From positions 4,267-68,266 of the forward strand of contig QHWY01000087.1 of assembly GCA_003223875.1 (NCBI GenBank): a stretch of DNA of 64,000 nucleotides, read 5' to 3'. Below the pieces are notes generated by a model that saw nothing but the letters and a program-made list of their open reading frames with translations, was not told the origin of the DNA and did not search any database. Every line of letters starts with the position of its first letter. Position 1 is the first letter of the stretch. The translations under genes were made by a program, and so were the position numbers. This DNA is from Acidobacteriota bacterium (GTDB taxonomy: Bacteria > Acidobacteriota > Terriglobia > 20CM-2-55-15). Of this stretch, positions 45,702-55,421 are shown piece after piece.

Positions 45702-45815
45702 AATAGCCGAATCCGTCCGCGAACACTACGATCGAATTGAAGGTATTTCGGAGGCAGCGCCGGATATGGCATGTTCATATATGCGAGATCGATTTAATAT
45801 AGTCCGGGCTGATTT

Positions 45816-47132
45816 ATGGGCGACGGGATCACAAACGAACTTCAAACGTCCTTGGATGCGTGGAACACGCTGGCGGAGGAGGAGCGGGTCACCACGTTCC
45901 AGCAGTTGCCGTACGCGGAGAAAGACGACTTCTTTCTCGCCTTGAGCGCGCGGGACCAGGCGGAACTGATCCTCTCGCTTCCGCCGGGTGAACGGCGCAT
46001 TTGGGCGCGCCTGCTTCCGCCCGACGACGCCACCGACCTCATTCAAGAAGCGCCTGAAGAAGAACGGGCGGGACTAATGGCCCTCATGGACGATTACACG
46101 CGGCGTGAAGTGGGTGCGCTGCTTGCTTATGCGGAAGATGATGCCGGCGGTCTGATGAGCCCGCGTTTCGCGCGTCTTCGTCCCGATATGACGGTGGACG
46201 AGGCCATCGCTTATCTGCGCAGGCAAGCTGAGCAGGTGGAAACGATTCACTACGCCTACGTGCTCGATTCGGAGCAGCACCTTCTGGGAATCGTACCGCT
46301 GCGCCGGTTGATGTCGGCGCGCAAAGACCAGACTGTCCGTGAAATCATGCGGACCGATTTCGTGGCCGCTTCAGAAGAAATGGATCAGGAAGCGCTTGCC
46401 AAACTGTTTTCTAAAGAACATCTGTTCGCGATGCCTATCGTCGACAAGGAAGGCCGGATGAAGGGTATCGTGACGGCGGATGACATCGTCAACGTCGTTA
46501 CCGAAGAAGCCAGCGAAGATATTCAAAAAATCGGTGGTATGGAGGCTCTCGAGGGACCGTATCTGCAAGTGCAGTTCGCCGAAATGGTCAAAAAGCGAGG
46601 CGGGTGGCTGGCTGCCCTATTTCTAGGAGAAATGCTGACCGCGACTGCCATGGGTTTCTTCGAACAGGAGATCGCACGAGCCGTTGTGCTTGCGCTGTTT
46701 ATTCCTTTGATCATCAGCAGCGGCGGAAACTCGGGGTCGCAGGCGACAAGTTTAGTTATTCGCGCAATGGCCTTAGGTGAAGTCCGGCTTCGCGATTGGT
46801 GGCGCGTTGTACGCCGGGAAGTCGCCGCGGGGTTTGCTCTTGGGTGCATGCTGGGCTCGATCGGAATGATCCGTATTCTCGCGTGGCAAACCGTACGTCC
46901 TGGTCTCTATGGACCCCACTACCTTTTGGTTGCCATTACCGTGGCCTGCAGCCTGATTGGCGTGGTCTTATTTGGCACCGTCGTCGGCTCGATGCTTCCA
47001 TTCATCCTTCGCAGCCTTGGCTTCGACCCAGCCAGCGCGTCCGCGCCCTTCGTTGCCACTCTTGTCGACGTCACGGGCCTCGTCATCTACTTCAGTGTCG
47101 CCAGCGTCATTCTCCGCGGGACGCTACTGTAA
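45816..47132 (+). CDS. mgtE: Magnesium transporter MgtE
   Basis: N-terminal MgtE_N, two CBS domains, and a C-terminal 5-transmembrane domain with D-x-x-x-(Q/G) motifs. Confidence 0.9.
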   Translation: MGDGITNELQTSLDAWNTLAEEERVTTFQQLPYAEKDDFFLALSARDQAELILSLPPGERRIWARLLPPDDATDLIQEAPEEERAGLMALMDDYTRREVGALLAYAEDDAGGLMSPRFARLRPDMTVDEAIAYLRRQAEQVETIHYAYVLDSEQHLLGIVPLRRLMSARKDQTVREIMRTDFVAASEEMDQEALAKLFSKEHLFAMPIVDKEGRMKGIVTADDIVNVVTEEASEDIQKIGGMEALEGPYLQVQFAEMVKKRGGWLAALFLGEMLTATAMGFFEQEIARAVVLALFIPLIISSGGNSGSQATSLVIRAMALGEVRLRDWWRVVRREVAAGFALGCMLGSIGMIRILAWQTVRPGLYGPHYLLVAITVACSLIGVVLFGTVVGSMLPFILRSLGFDPASASAPFVATLVDVTGLVIYFSVASVILRGTLL

Positions 47133-47139
47133 GCGCCGC

Positions 47140-47296
47140 GCAGCGGCGTCAAGACATCAGCCCAGGGCGGCAGCCCTGGGGACAGAATCGACAAAGCAGT
47201 CCAGCCCCGAAGGGGCGGCAAGAGATTAGCCCAGGGCGTCAGCCCTGGGTGACAGGATGGAAATAGAAGTCCAGCCCCGAAGGGGCGGCAGAACTC
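47140..47296. repeat. Tandem REP units (~62 bp x2: AGCCCAGGGCGKCAGCCCTGGG...GTCCAGCCCCGAAGGGGCGGCA) at the 3' end of the RAYT gene
   Basis: The two units are near-identical and can be read directly. Each contains two hairpins. Confidence 0.85.
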
Positions 47297-47746
47297 TCAC
47301 CGCCACACATATCGTTCGTCGTATGGTAGATTATGCTTCTTCAGGAGCGCCATCAATTCTTCCTGAAATGACCGCTTACGATGATGTTCTTCCTGACCAT
47401 CGATGTATTTCGAAACGTGTTCCAAATTGGATTCGCTCACGCTGAACGCCGAATATCCGGCCTGCCACCCAAATGCGCGTCGCTCGCGGCGTGTTTCGTG
47501 GACCCATTTCGAAGAGTTCGCCTTGATGGTACGTACAGCTTCCGCCACGGAGACATTGGTGGGTAGGAAAGTCAGAATGTGTACGTGATCGTTCGCGCCA
47601 TTGATATTTATCGCCTTGCCGCGAATTCCGCGAATGATCCCGCCCATATAGGGGAACAGATCCTCGCGTAAGGGCCCGAGATATGGCATTCGCTCTTTTG
47701 TGCTGAAGATAATGTGAAAGAGAAGTTTGGAGAAGGTTTGGCCCAT
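47297..47746 (-). mobile_element. IS200-like Y1 (HUH) transposase of the REP-associated tyrosine transposase (RAYT) type
   Basis: A 149-aa protein with HVHIL (HUH) and a catalytic-Tyr region AGYSAFSVS. It is flanked on both sides by CCCAGGGC...GCCCTGGG REPs. Confidence 0.85.
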
Positions 47747-47764
47747 ATGTCGCCCCTCTGGGGC

Positions 47765-47830
47765 TGCGGTTTCATGGGCCAGACGTTTTCCCAGGGCTGA
47801 CGCCCTGGGCTATTTTCTGACGCCGCTGCG
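47765..47830. repeat. REP units (CCCAGGGCTGACGCCCTGGG; CGCCGCTGCGCGGCG) at the 5' side of the RAYT gene
   Basis: Seen directly. Same consensus as 47140-47296 and 34629-34800. Confidence 0.8.
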
Positions 47831-47950
47831 CGGCGTTGGAGCGCTCAATGATCTTACTCCCGTGACGTGATATGCAGCTTCACTTCGTCGGAGACAGGAG
47901 CCCAGACGCGAAATCGGCACCGGTTGTCGTCCAACCAAACCGCTCCAAGG

Positions 47951-49846
47951 TCACTCATTACTGCTTTTGAACAACACGGCGCCGAGTGGCGGGACAATCA
48001 GACTCAGGGAGTACTGTTTTCCGTGCCAGGCGACATCTTGGGCATCCGTACCGCCCAAGTTTCCGAAGTCCGCTCCGCCGTATTCTTTCGAATCGCTGTT
48101 AAAGATTTCCCGCCAATAGCCACGGCGCGGGACGCCGACGCGGTAGTTGTGCCTCGGTACAGGTGTGAAATTGAAAACGGCGGCGATGATTTCATCTACG
48201 CCTTTTGATTTCCGCATAAAACTAAGCATGCTTTGCTGAGAGTCACTCCCGTCGATCCACTCAAAGCCCGCGGGATCGCAATCTAGTTCATGGAGCGCGC
48301 GCTCGTGCCGGTACGTTCGGTTCAGAGCGGCAACCAGTTTCTGAAGTCCCCGGTGGGAATCATACTGAAGCAGATGCCATTCCAGACTATTATCGTGGGA
48401 CCATTCCGCCCACTGGCCGAACTCGCCACCCATGAACAGCAATTTTTTCGCCGGCTGCGCGTACATGTATGAGAACAGCAGCCGCATATTCGCGAACTTC
48501 TGCCACCGGTCACCGGGCATTTTGCCAAGGAGAGATCCTTTGCCGTGAACGACCTCATCGTGCGACAGCGGAAGGATAAAATTCTCATGAAACGCGTAGA
48601 GCATTCGAAAGGTCAGCTCATTGTGATGGTATTTGCGATAGACCGAATCATGACTCATGTACTGGAGTGTGTCGTGCATCCAGCCCATGTCCCATTTGAA
48701 ACCGAATCCTAGGCCACCTACGTATGTCGGTCGTGACACCATGGGCCAGGCCGTCGATTCTTCCGCGATCGTCTGAATGCCAGGATGGTCCCGGTACACT
48801 TCGGCATTGAAGCGACGAAGAAAGTCGATCGCGTCCAGATTTTCATTGCCGCCATATACGTTAGGAATCCACTCGCCCTCTTTTCGCGAGTAGTCCAGAT
48901 AGAGCATCGATGCGACGGCGTCGACTCGTAAGCCATCAATGTGATAACGGTCGAGCCAAAACATTGCGCTGCTCAGCAGAAAACTGCGCACCTCGTGCCG
49001 GCCGTAATTAAAGATATAACTGTCCCAATCCTTGTGAATCCCTTTGCGCGGATCGGAATGCTCGTAGAGATGAGTGCCGTCGAAGTAGCCCAATGCCCAA
49101 TCATCGGTTGGGAAATGTGACGGGACCCAATCCAGAATCACCGCGATCTCATGCCGATGGAGGTAGTCGATCAGGTACATGAGATCCTGTGGTGTGCCGT
49201 ACCGGCTCGTGGGCGCAAAGTAGCCCGTTGTTTGGTATCCCCACGAGCCGTAGAAAGGATGCTCCGTCAGCGGCAGAAACTCAACATGGGTGAAACCCAT
49301 CTCCTGGACATACTCGGTGAGCTTCGGAGCAATCTCACGGTAACTCAGCCATCGGTTGTTGTCTTCGGGAATGCGACGCCAGGATCCGAGATGGACTTCA
49401 TAAATTGCAATAGGCGCGTGTACCGAATTTCGCTTTGCGCGCGACGACATCCAGTCCTGGTCATGCCATTCGTAATCGAGATTCCAAATGATCGATGCGG
49501 TTCGCGGCGGCGTCTCGGCATGAAACGCAAACGGGTCCGCCTTATCTACGTTATAGCCGTGGTAACGCGATACGACATGGTACTTGTACGCATCGCCATG
49601 CCGAACGGTGGGAACAAATCCTTCCCAAATTCCCGATTGGCCGCGGGGATACAATTGCAGGCTCGTCTTATCCCAGTCGTTGAATGAACCCATCACAAAC
49701 ACCTTGTCGGCGTCCGGCGCCCAGACGGCAAAGTTGGTGCCCTCGGTTCCCTCAATGACACGTGTATGCGAGCCAAGGCGCTCGTACAGCTTCAGGTGAC
49801 TGCCTTCGTTAAAGAGATAGAGGTCGTGATCGGTGAGCAAAGACAT
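47951..49846 (-). CDS. glgB: 1,4-alpha-glucan branching enzyme
   Basis: GH13 branching-enzyme motifs (FAPTSRYGTPQDLMYLIDYLHRHEIAVILDWVPSHF). The start was taken at the internal Met (MSLLTDHDLYLF), because the longer ORF overlaps malQ. Confidence 0.9.
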   Translation of the reverse strand: MSLLTDHDLYLFNEGSHLKLYERLGSHTRVIEGTEGTNFAVWAPDADKVFVMGSFNDWDKTSLQLYPRGQSGIWEGFVPTVRHGDAYKYHVVSRYHGYNVDKADPFAFHAETPPRTASIIWNLDYEWHDQDWMSSRAKRNSVHAPIAIYEVHLGSWRRIPEDNNRWLSYREIAPKLTEYVQEMGFTHVEFLPLTEHPFYGSWGYQTTGYFAPTSRYGTPQDLMYLIDYLHRHEIAVILDWVPSHFPTDDWALGYFDGTHLYEHSDPRKGIHKDWDSYIFNYGRHEVRSFLLSSAMFWLDRYHIDGLRVDAVASMLYLDYSRKEGEWIPNVYGGNENLDAIDFLRRFNAEVYRDHPGIQTIAEESTAWPMVSRPTYVGGLGFGFKWDMGWMHDTLQYMSHDSVYRKYHHNELTFRMLYAFHENFILPLSHDEVVHGKGSLLGKMPGDRWQKFANMRLLFSYMYAQPAKKLLFMGGEFGQWAEWSHDNSLEWHLLQYDSHRGLQKLVAALNRTYRHERALHELDCDPAGFEWIDGSDSQQSMLSFMRKSKGVDEIIAAVFNFTPVPRHNYRVGVPRRGYWREIFNSDSKEYGGADFGNLGGTDAQDVAWHGKQYSLSLIVPPLGAVLFKSSNE

Positions 49847-51716
49847 CGGCGAGTACCTCAGCGACGCCTGACATTTTTCGGATCTGCTCGATGCTTGGCC
49901 GCATCCGGCGGCGCCAGTTTGGACGCTCTTTGTTGGTTGCTGGGACATTTTGCGGGAGAGTCTCCTGCCAGAGATCTTCCATATTGACAAGCACGATTTC
50001 GGCCATACTCTTGGCCAAAAAATTAGTGGCATAGATGATGGAACGTAACTTCCGCCTCATGGCCACCCGCTGCTTCCGTTCTTTCTTTGCGGTCTTCTCA
50101 TCCAGAAAACCCAGGTCCAAGCGATCATCAATATCATGACCTTTAAGAAAGGCTTCAAAAGGAGGCATATCGTGGGTATTCAAGCTCGCGACACTCTTGC
50201 CGGGAACCGGCCGCAGTTTAGGTTTGTCGGGGTCAGCCATGATCTCATACTGTACAACGTACATCTGGTGCACATCATGTTTGGCAAGCGCCCGATTCAC
50301 CGCAGGAGGCACTGTTCCGAGATTTTCCCCAACGATTCCCGCTTTGTACCGATGTGACTCGAGACAGAGAATCGCATAGAGCTCGTCGGCGGGATATTCA
50401 ACATAAACGCCCTTGTCCCCGGTGAATCCTTCCGGGATCCAATAAAGCCGATGAAGACCCATAACGTGATCGATACGAATGAGCCGTGCGCAGCGAAAGT
50501 GATTTCGCAAGAATGCGATGACGTACTCGTACCGATTCAAGCGCATCGCTTCGGGATTCATGGGCGGAAAACCCCAATTCTGACCTTTCGTGAATACCGG
50601 ATCCGGCGGGGCTCCGCCGGTAACGTGAGGTACAAAGAACTCCCGATACCTCCAGACATCATAACTGTCGGGATGCAGTCCGAGCGGAACATCGAGATAA
50701 AGCGCTTGACCGCGTCTACGTGCCTTATCCGCAAGCCTTCCAAGTTGCTCCTGAATGATCCACTGGGCGTAGAGATGATACTTTTTCGTACGCTCGTCGT
50801 AGTGGGCTCGGCTGAGCTTCGCGTTCCGCAACGCGGCGGGCCAACCGGTCCACCCTTTCCGCTGGCGATCAGTCACGGCGCGAAATTCGGCATAACTCTC
50901 GAGGTGCTTGTTTTCCTTGACGAACTTTTTGAAGGCGTGAAGGCGTTGAGAACTGGGTTGGAAAAAGAATTGACGCGCAAGCTCTTCGAGAATGCCCCGC
51001 TTGTATGTCATGACGCCGCGGTAGTCGACAAGCTTCGTTCTGCGCGGGGGCTCGCCCGGCTCAGTGCGCGCAAATTCGGGAACGCGTTCGACATCGATGT
51101 AAAACTCATTCCAGAAAAGTCGCGTGGCCGGAGAGTAGGGGCTCGGCTCAAACGGTTCGTCCAAAAATGCGCCGAGCAGCGGAAGCGTTGCCGCAACGCT
51201 TCCGCCGAGCTGATTTTCCCAATCCATCAAATGCTCGAAATCGGTGAGATCGCCTGCGCTGGGATTCCGCTTCGAGTGCAGAGCGTAAATCGGAGCAAAG
51301 ATGCCCCAGTGTTTCTGTAAAGACAAATGCGCTCTCCTTGGCGCCGAGATCACGAACACTTCCTGGCCTTGGACCTCGGCCCGATGGTACCCAAACTCGA
51401 ATTTCCGGCTGCCCAGCTTCCCGTCCCACGCGACCATCACCGGTTCCACCGTGCGTTTGCGTAATTCGTCTTTGCGGCGCGCCAAAGCCTCTGAGACATC
51501 GCCGAATTTTTCCACTCCTGCGCCCATCGCGCGTAGGACCAAGAGCAGCGCCTCAGGGTCTGCCTCTCGTCGTTGCTTGGTCATATCGAGGTACGAGGGT
51601 TGAATGCCGTAGAGCCGGGCCAACTGGAACAGTTCCCGCCTCACCTCAGCGTCGGGCCCACCAGCCGGCCCACTGCCGGTATAGCTTCCATCGGCAGGGC
51701 TTTGCAAAAAGTGCAT
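49809..51716 (-). CDS. malQ: 4-alpha-glucanotransferase (amylomaltase, GH77)
   Basis: A 635-aa protein with GH77 signature regions (GxPPD-like, HRLYWIPEG). Confidence 0.85.
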   Translation of the reverse strand: MHFLQSPADGSYTGSGPAGGPDAEVRRELFQLARLYGIQPSYLDMTKQRREADPEALLLVLRAMGAGVEKFGDVSEALARRKDELRKRTVEPVMVAWDGKLGSRKFEFGYHRAEVQGQEVFVISAPRRAHLSLQKHWGIFAPIYALHSKRNPSAGDLTDFEHLMDWENQLGGSVAATLPLLGAFLDEPFEPSPYSPATRLFWNEFYIDVERVPEFARTEPGEPPRRTKLVDYRGVMTYKRGILEELARQFFFQPSSQRLHAFKKFVKENKHLESYAEFRAVTDRQRKGWTGWPAALRNAKLSRAHYDERTKKYHLYAQWIIQEQLGRLADKARRRGQALYLDVPLGLHPDSYDVWRYREFFVPHVTGGAPPDPVFTKGQNWGFPPMNPEAMRLNRYEYVIAFLRNHFRCARLIRIDHVMGLHRLYWIPEGFTGDKGVYVEYPADELYAILCLESHRYKAGIVGENLGTVPPAVNRALAKHDVHQMYVVQYEIMADPDKPKLRPVPGKSVASLNTHDMPPFEAFLKGHDIDDRLDLGFLDEKTAKKERKQRVAMRRKLRSIIYATNFLAKSMAEIVLVNMEDLWQETLPQNVPATNKERPNWRRRMRPSIEQIRKMSGVAEVLADVFAHRSRPLSL

Positions 51717-51733
51717 GATGTCGGGCTCTCCCG

Positions 51734-51847
51734 CTGTAGCGGCGGTCTATGACCGCCGACAATACAGCAATTTGCGAGATCGCCGGCGGTCATTTCTTGA
51801 GGCTGCGCGCTATCGCGCTTGCGCTTCGCGGACCGCCGCTTCTACAG
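51734..51847. repeat. Palindromic element family 1, copy D (degenerate/expanded)
   Basis: The left arm CTGTAGCGGCGGTCTATGACCGCCG is intact. The right arm is split (GCCGGCGGTCAT ... GACCGCCGCTTCTACAG). Confidence 0.65.
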
Positions 51848-51921
51848 TGGCCATTCTCGACTTTCTGTGCAAAGCCCATCGGCAGCCTCTTTGAAGGGCC
51901 ATCGGCCGGTCCCCCCACGCC

Positions 51922-54900
51922 TCAAGTCGCCTCCGTCGTCTGGAGTAACTGGAGAATTCCGGTTAGCGGGATTCGTACCCAATCCGGACGGTTGTTCAAT
52001 TCATAGCCCAGTTCGTAAAGCGCCTTTTCGAAGAGGTAGATGTTCAAGAGGATGTTCAGTTCTTCACGATTTTCGGGCAGAAATTCACCGGAAGCCGCGT
52101 GTTCCAGATAGGAATTGAGGAATGTGGAAGAGACCCATACGTTCCAAAGGCGTGCCCAGGCTTCGAGTCCCACTAGATCCTCAGGTCTGACATTGGCGCT
52201 TCCCAAATGGCCAAACAATGAAGTGTACGCCGCGTAGTGAAACGATCGCAGCATGCTGGCAACGTCGCGAACCGGTGTCCTCTTGATCCGCCGCTCCGTG
52301 AGCGGTCTAGCCGGCTCTCCTTCAAAATCGATGATCACGTAATCCTTTCCCGTGTAGAGGACCTGGCCGAGATGAAAATCGCCGTGGATACGCGTGCGCT
52401 TGGCGGTGATCTTTCTCGAAAGCACGCCGCGGAAACGATTCAGCACTTCTTGCTGTAGATCAAGCACCTTCAATGCTTCATCGAACACAACACCGCGCAA
52501 CGCACTGAGCCGGTTTTTCAACAAGAGAAACATCTGACCGGAATAGTTCCGCATCGACTGGTACAACGATCGCTGGTACAGCAGAGAAAAAGGTTCCGGC
52601 GCAAAACCCGGATCTTCGATATTCGAAGCCAATGCAAGGTGCAACTCTGCGGTCCGCCGGCCGAGCAATTTCACATTTTCCAGGTACGGGCCGATGAGTT
52701 CCAGCGCGAACGGCGGCACCGGCGTTGATTGCAGTCGGTCCACGAACGGCATTGGGCGCAACAAATCCTTCAGTTCGTCAGCAGGCCGCGTGACCGCTCG
52801 ATCAAGATACTGGCTGAATTGGTCCAGCGTGTGCCGCCAGGCGTCTCCCTCATTGGCGACGTACCGTTGGAGGATGCCGACAGCCGCAGCCCGGCCCTCG
52901 TGTGTTCGATATTCGATCGTGCCGGCAACAGGCGGAGCGTGGGGGAAGCCAATCCGTTCGGTCAAGAAATATCCGATTTCGAGATCCGGATTGGTACCTT
53001 CCTCGGCCCGGCGAAAAAGTTTCAATATGAGTTGATCGCCGAAAACGACGGAAGAATTGCTTTGCTCGGCCCGCATCGAGGCGACTTCAAGATTTCTAAT
53101 TGCCGCCGTCGGGCCGTCTCGGAATACGCGCGTTGGTGCTGCAACAAATTCACCGGCCACACCACGTAGATGCCGGCGCCGCGAGATCATGTCGATCAGT
53201 GATCTGCAAAAGTCCTGATCGAGCACCGCATCATATAGGAGGCCTTCGAGGAAATGTTCTTTCTGACGAACGGTGACGTCTGCCAATACCGCCTTCGGTG
53301 ATGATTGCCGGATTTGCTCCGCTCGCTCTCCGGTCGCGAATGATAGCGGCAGAATGTAGGTTTCCGGGTCTTCTTCCGTGTATTCGATCTGAATTTGTGT
53401 GATGCAAGCCTTCGCCGAATTGAAACTGACGGGAACGGTCTCGAGGAATGTTGCAGCTTTGATCCCACGCGCTTTTCCGCCGAACCACCGTTGCGTCTGA
53501 ACATACCCAATCAGGCGGTCTTCTAGGCTAAGACGCGCTTTGCCGGAGAAGACATTCGTCCAAGGTGCTTGTACCGTCAATTGTAACGGCGCTCTAAGAG
53601 CGGCCGGGCGGTCGTAAACGGCGCCCAGAGGTGTTAATGCAAACCAGTAAAAGGAGTGTGGTCCTAGAGTAAGAAAGTACGGCGCATCGCCAATCGGCGG
53701 GAACTGCGCACGGCCGAACAATTCAATCGGCGACGTTCCCTTGAATGCCGACAAATCCAGACCGGCGTATTGAACAAAGCGTGAAAGGTTCGCAATAACG
53801 AGAAGGACCTCATCTTGGTAGCGGCGAATGAACGCCAGAACCCGATGGTTTTCCGGATAGAGAAACTCCAGCGTGCCGCGTCCGAATGCTTTATATCGCT
53901 TCCGCATGGCAATGAGCCGCTTCATCCACCACAACATCGAATGGGGATTGTTCTGTTGTGCTTCGACATTGAACGCTTCGTAGTGTGAATCGGGATCGAT
54001 GACGATCGGCAGATACAGGCGGTGCGGGCTCGTCTTGGAGAATCCAGCATTCCGATCCCCGCTCCACTGCATGGGCGTGCGCACGCTGTTGCGATCACCC
54101 AGATAGATATTGTCGCCCATACCGATCTCGTCCCCGTAATAGAGCACGGGCGTTCCCGGCAACGAGAAAAGCAGTGCATTCATTAACTCGATGCGGTTCC
54201 AGTCCTTCCCGAGCAGCGAGGCCAGCCTGCGGCGGATGCCAAGGTTGATACGCATTTGCGGATCGTGCGCGTAGGCGCGATACATGTAGTCGCGCTCTTC
54301 ATCGGTGACCATCTCGAGCGTCAGTTCGTCGTGATTGCGCAGAAAGAGCGCCCACTGGCAAAGATCGGGAATCGGAGGGGTTTGCGCGAGGATATCAATG
54401 ATGGGGAACCGGTCTTCCATCCGGAGCGCCATGAACATGCGTGGCATCACTGGAAAATGGAAAGCCATCTGACACTCATCCCCGTTGCCAAAGTAAGCGA
54501 TCGCATCTTCGGGCCATTGATTGGCTTCGGCAAGCAGCATACGATTTCGAAACCGCTGATCGACCTGCTTACGAAGGTGCTTCAGAAACTGGTGGGTATC
54601 CGGGAGGTTCTCGCAATTCGTGCCATCGCGCTCGTACAGGTATGGCACCGCGTCCAATCGCATGCCATCCACACCCATTCCGAGCCAAAAGTTGACGACG
54701 GCCAGCAAGCTGCGCCTGACATCGGCGCTCTCAAAATTCAAATCCGGCTGGTGATGATAAAACCGGTGCCAGTAATACTGGCTCGCAATGGCATCCCAAG
54801 TCCAGTTGGAGCTTTCGAAATCTTTGAATATGATGCGCGCTTCTTTGTATTTATCCGTTGTGTCGTTCCATACATAGAACTTGCGCGCCGGACTTCCCGG

Positions 54901-55287
54901 CCGCGCTCTTCGGGCGCGCTGGAACCAGGCATGCTGGTCCGAGGTGTGGTTGAGCACCAGCTCCGATATCACCCGAATGCCCCGCCGGTGAGCCTCGCGA
55001 AGGAACGCTCGAAAATCTTGCACCGTCCCGTATGAAGGATGGACGGCGGTGTAGTCCGCAATGTCGTATCCATCGTCTTTCAGCGGCGATGGATAAAACG
55101 GAAGTAACCAGACTGCGGTAATGCCGAGATCCTGCAGATAGTCGAGTTTTTGAGTCAGGCCCGCGAAATCTCCGATGCCGTCATCATTGCTGTCGTAAAA
55201 CGCGCGGACATGCAACTCGTAAATGATGGCGTCCTTGTACCACAGCGGATCGTCTTCGAGGGTGAAACCTTCGGTGATTTCGCGCAT
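51922..55287 (-). CDS. treS: Trehalose synthase / maltokinase fusion protein (TreS-Mak)
   Basis: N-terminal GH13 TreS (AIIYELHVRAFYDSNDDGIGDF...) and a C-terminal aminoglycoside-phosphotransferase-like maltokinase (HGDFHLGQVLYTGKDYVIIDFEGEP). 1121 aa. Confidence 0.88.
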   Translation of the reverse strand: MREITEGFTLEDDPLWYKDAIIYELHVRAFYDSNDDGIGDFAGLTQKLDYLQDLGITAVWLLPFYPSPLKDDGYDIADYTAVHPSYGTVQDFRAFLREAHRRGIRVISELVLNHTSDQHAWFQRARRARPGSPARKFYVWNDTTDKYKEARIIFKDFESSNWTWDAIASQYYWHRFYHHQPDLNFESADVRRSLLAVVNFWLGMGVDGMRLDAVPYLYERDGTNCENLPDTHQFLKHLRKQVDQRFRNRMLLAEANQWPEDAIAYFGNGDECQMAFHFPVMPRMFMALRMEDRFPIIDILAQTPPIPDLCQWALFLRNHDELTLEMVTDEERDYMYRAYAHDPQMRINLGIRRRLASLLGKDWNRIELMNALLFSLPGTPVLYYGDEIGMGDNIYLGDRNSVRTPMQWSGDRNAGFSKTSPHRLYLPIVIDPDSHYEAFNVEAQQNNPHSMLWWMKRLIAMRKRYKAFGRGTLEFLYPENHRVLAFIRRYQDEVLLVIANLSRFVQYAGLDLSAFKGTSPIELFGRAQFPPIGDAPYFLTLGPHSFYWFALTPLGAVYDRPAALRAPLQLTVQAPWTNVFSGKARLSLEDRLIGYVQTQRWFGGKARGIKAATFLETVPVSFNSAKACITQIQIEYTEEDPETYILPLSFATGERAEQIRQSSPKAVLADVTVRQKEHFLEGLLYDAVLDQDFCRSLIDMISRRRHLRGVAGEFVAAPTRVFRDGPTAAIRNLEVASMRAEQSNSSVVFGDQLILKLFRRAEEGTNPDLEIGYFLTERIGFPHAPPVAGTIEYRTHEGRAAAVGILQRYVANEGDAWRHTLDQFSQYLDRAVTRPADELKDLLRPMPFVDRLQSTPVPPFALELIGPYLENVKLLGRRTAELHLALASNIEDPGFAPEPFSLLYQRSLYQSMRNYSGQMFLLLKNRLSALRGVVFDEALKVLDLQQEVLNRFRGVLSRKITAKRTRIHGDFHLGQVLYTGKDYVIIDFEGEPARPLTERRIKRTPVRDVASMLRSFHYAAYTSLFGHLGSANVRPEDLVGLEAWARLWNVWVSSTFLNSYLEHAASGEFLPENREELNILLNIYLFEKALYELGYELNNRPDWVRIPLTGILQLLQTTEAT

Positions 55288-55297
55288 GGGTCTGTAA

Positions 55298-55421
55298 ATT
55301 CCCCTCCTCGCAGAGGAGGGGTGCCCGAAGGGCGGAGTGGTCAGTTCGGCGGAATGTTGCCGGTCTGACCACCCCGTCTGCGCCTACGGCGCAGCCACCC
55401 CTCCTCTGCGAGGAGGGGAAT
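55298..55421. repeat. MITE-like element with 27-bp terminal inverted repeats (AATTCCCCTCCTCGCAGAGGAGGGGTG / CACCCCTCCTCTGCGAGGAGGGGAATC), each terminus itself a perfect 9-bp-stem hairpin, with two more hairpins inside
   Basis: Seen directly. It fills the entire treS-mak/glgE spacer. Confidence 0.8.

Noticed and set aside
45702-45815. Possible M-box (Mg2+) riboswitch upstream of mgtE
   Set aside because: Only ~115 bp separate divergent starts, which is shorter than an M-box aptamer plus expression platform. No recognisable conserved M-box segments were seen.
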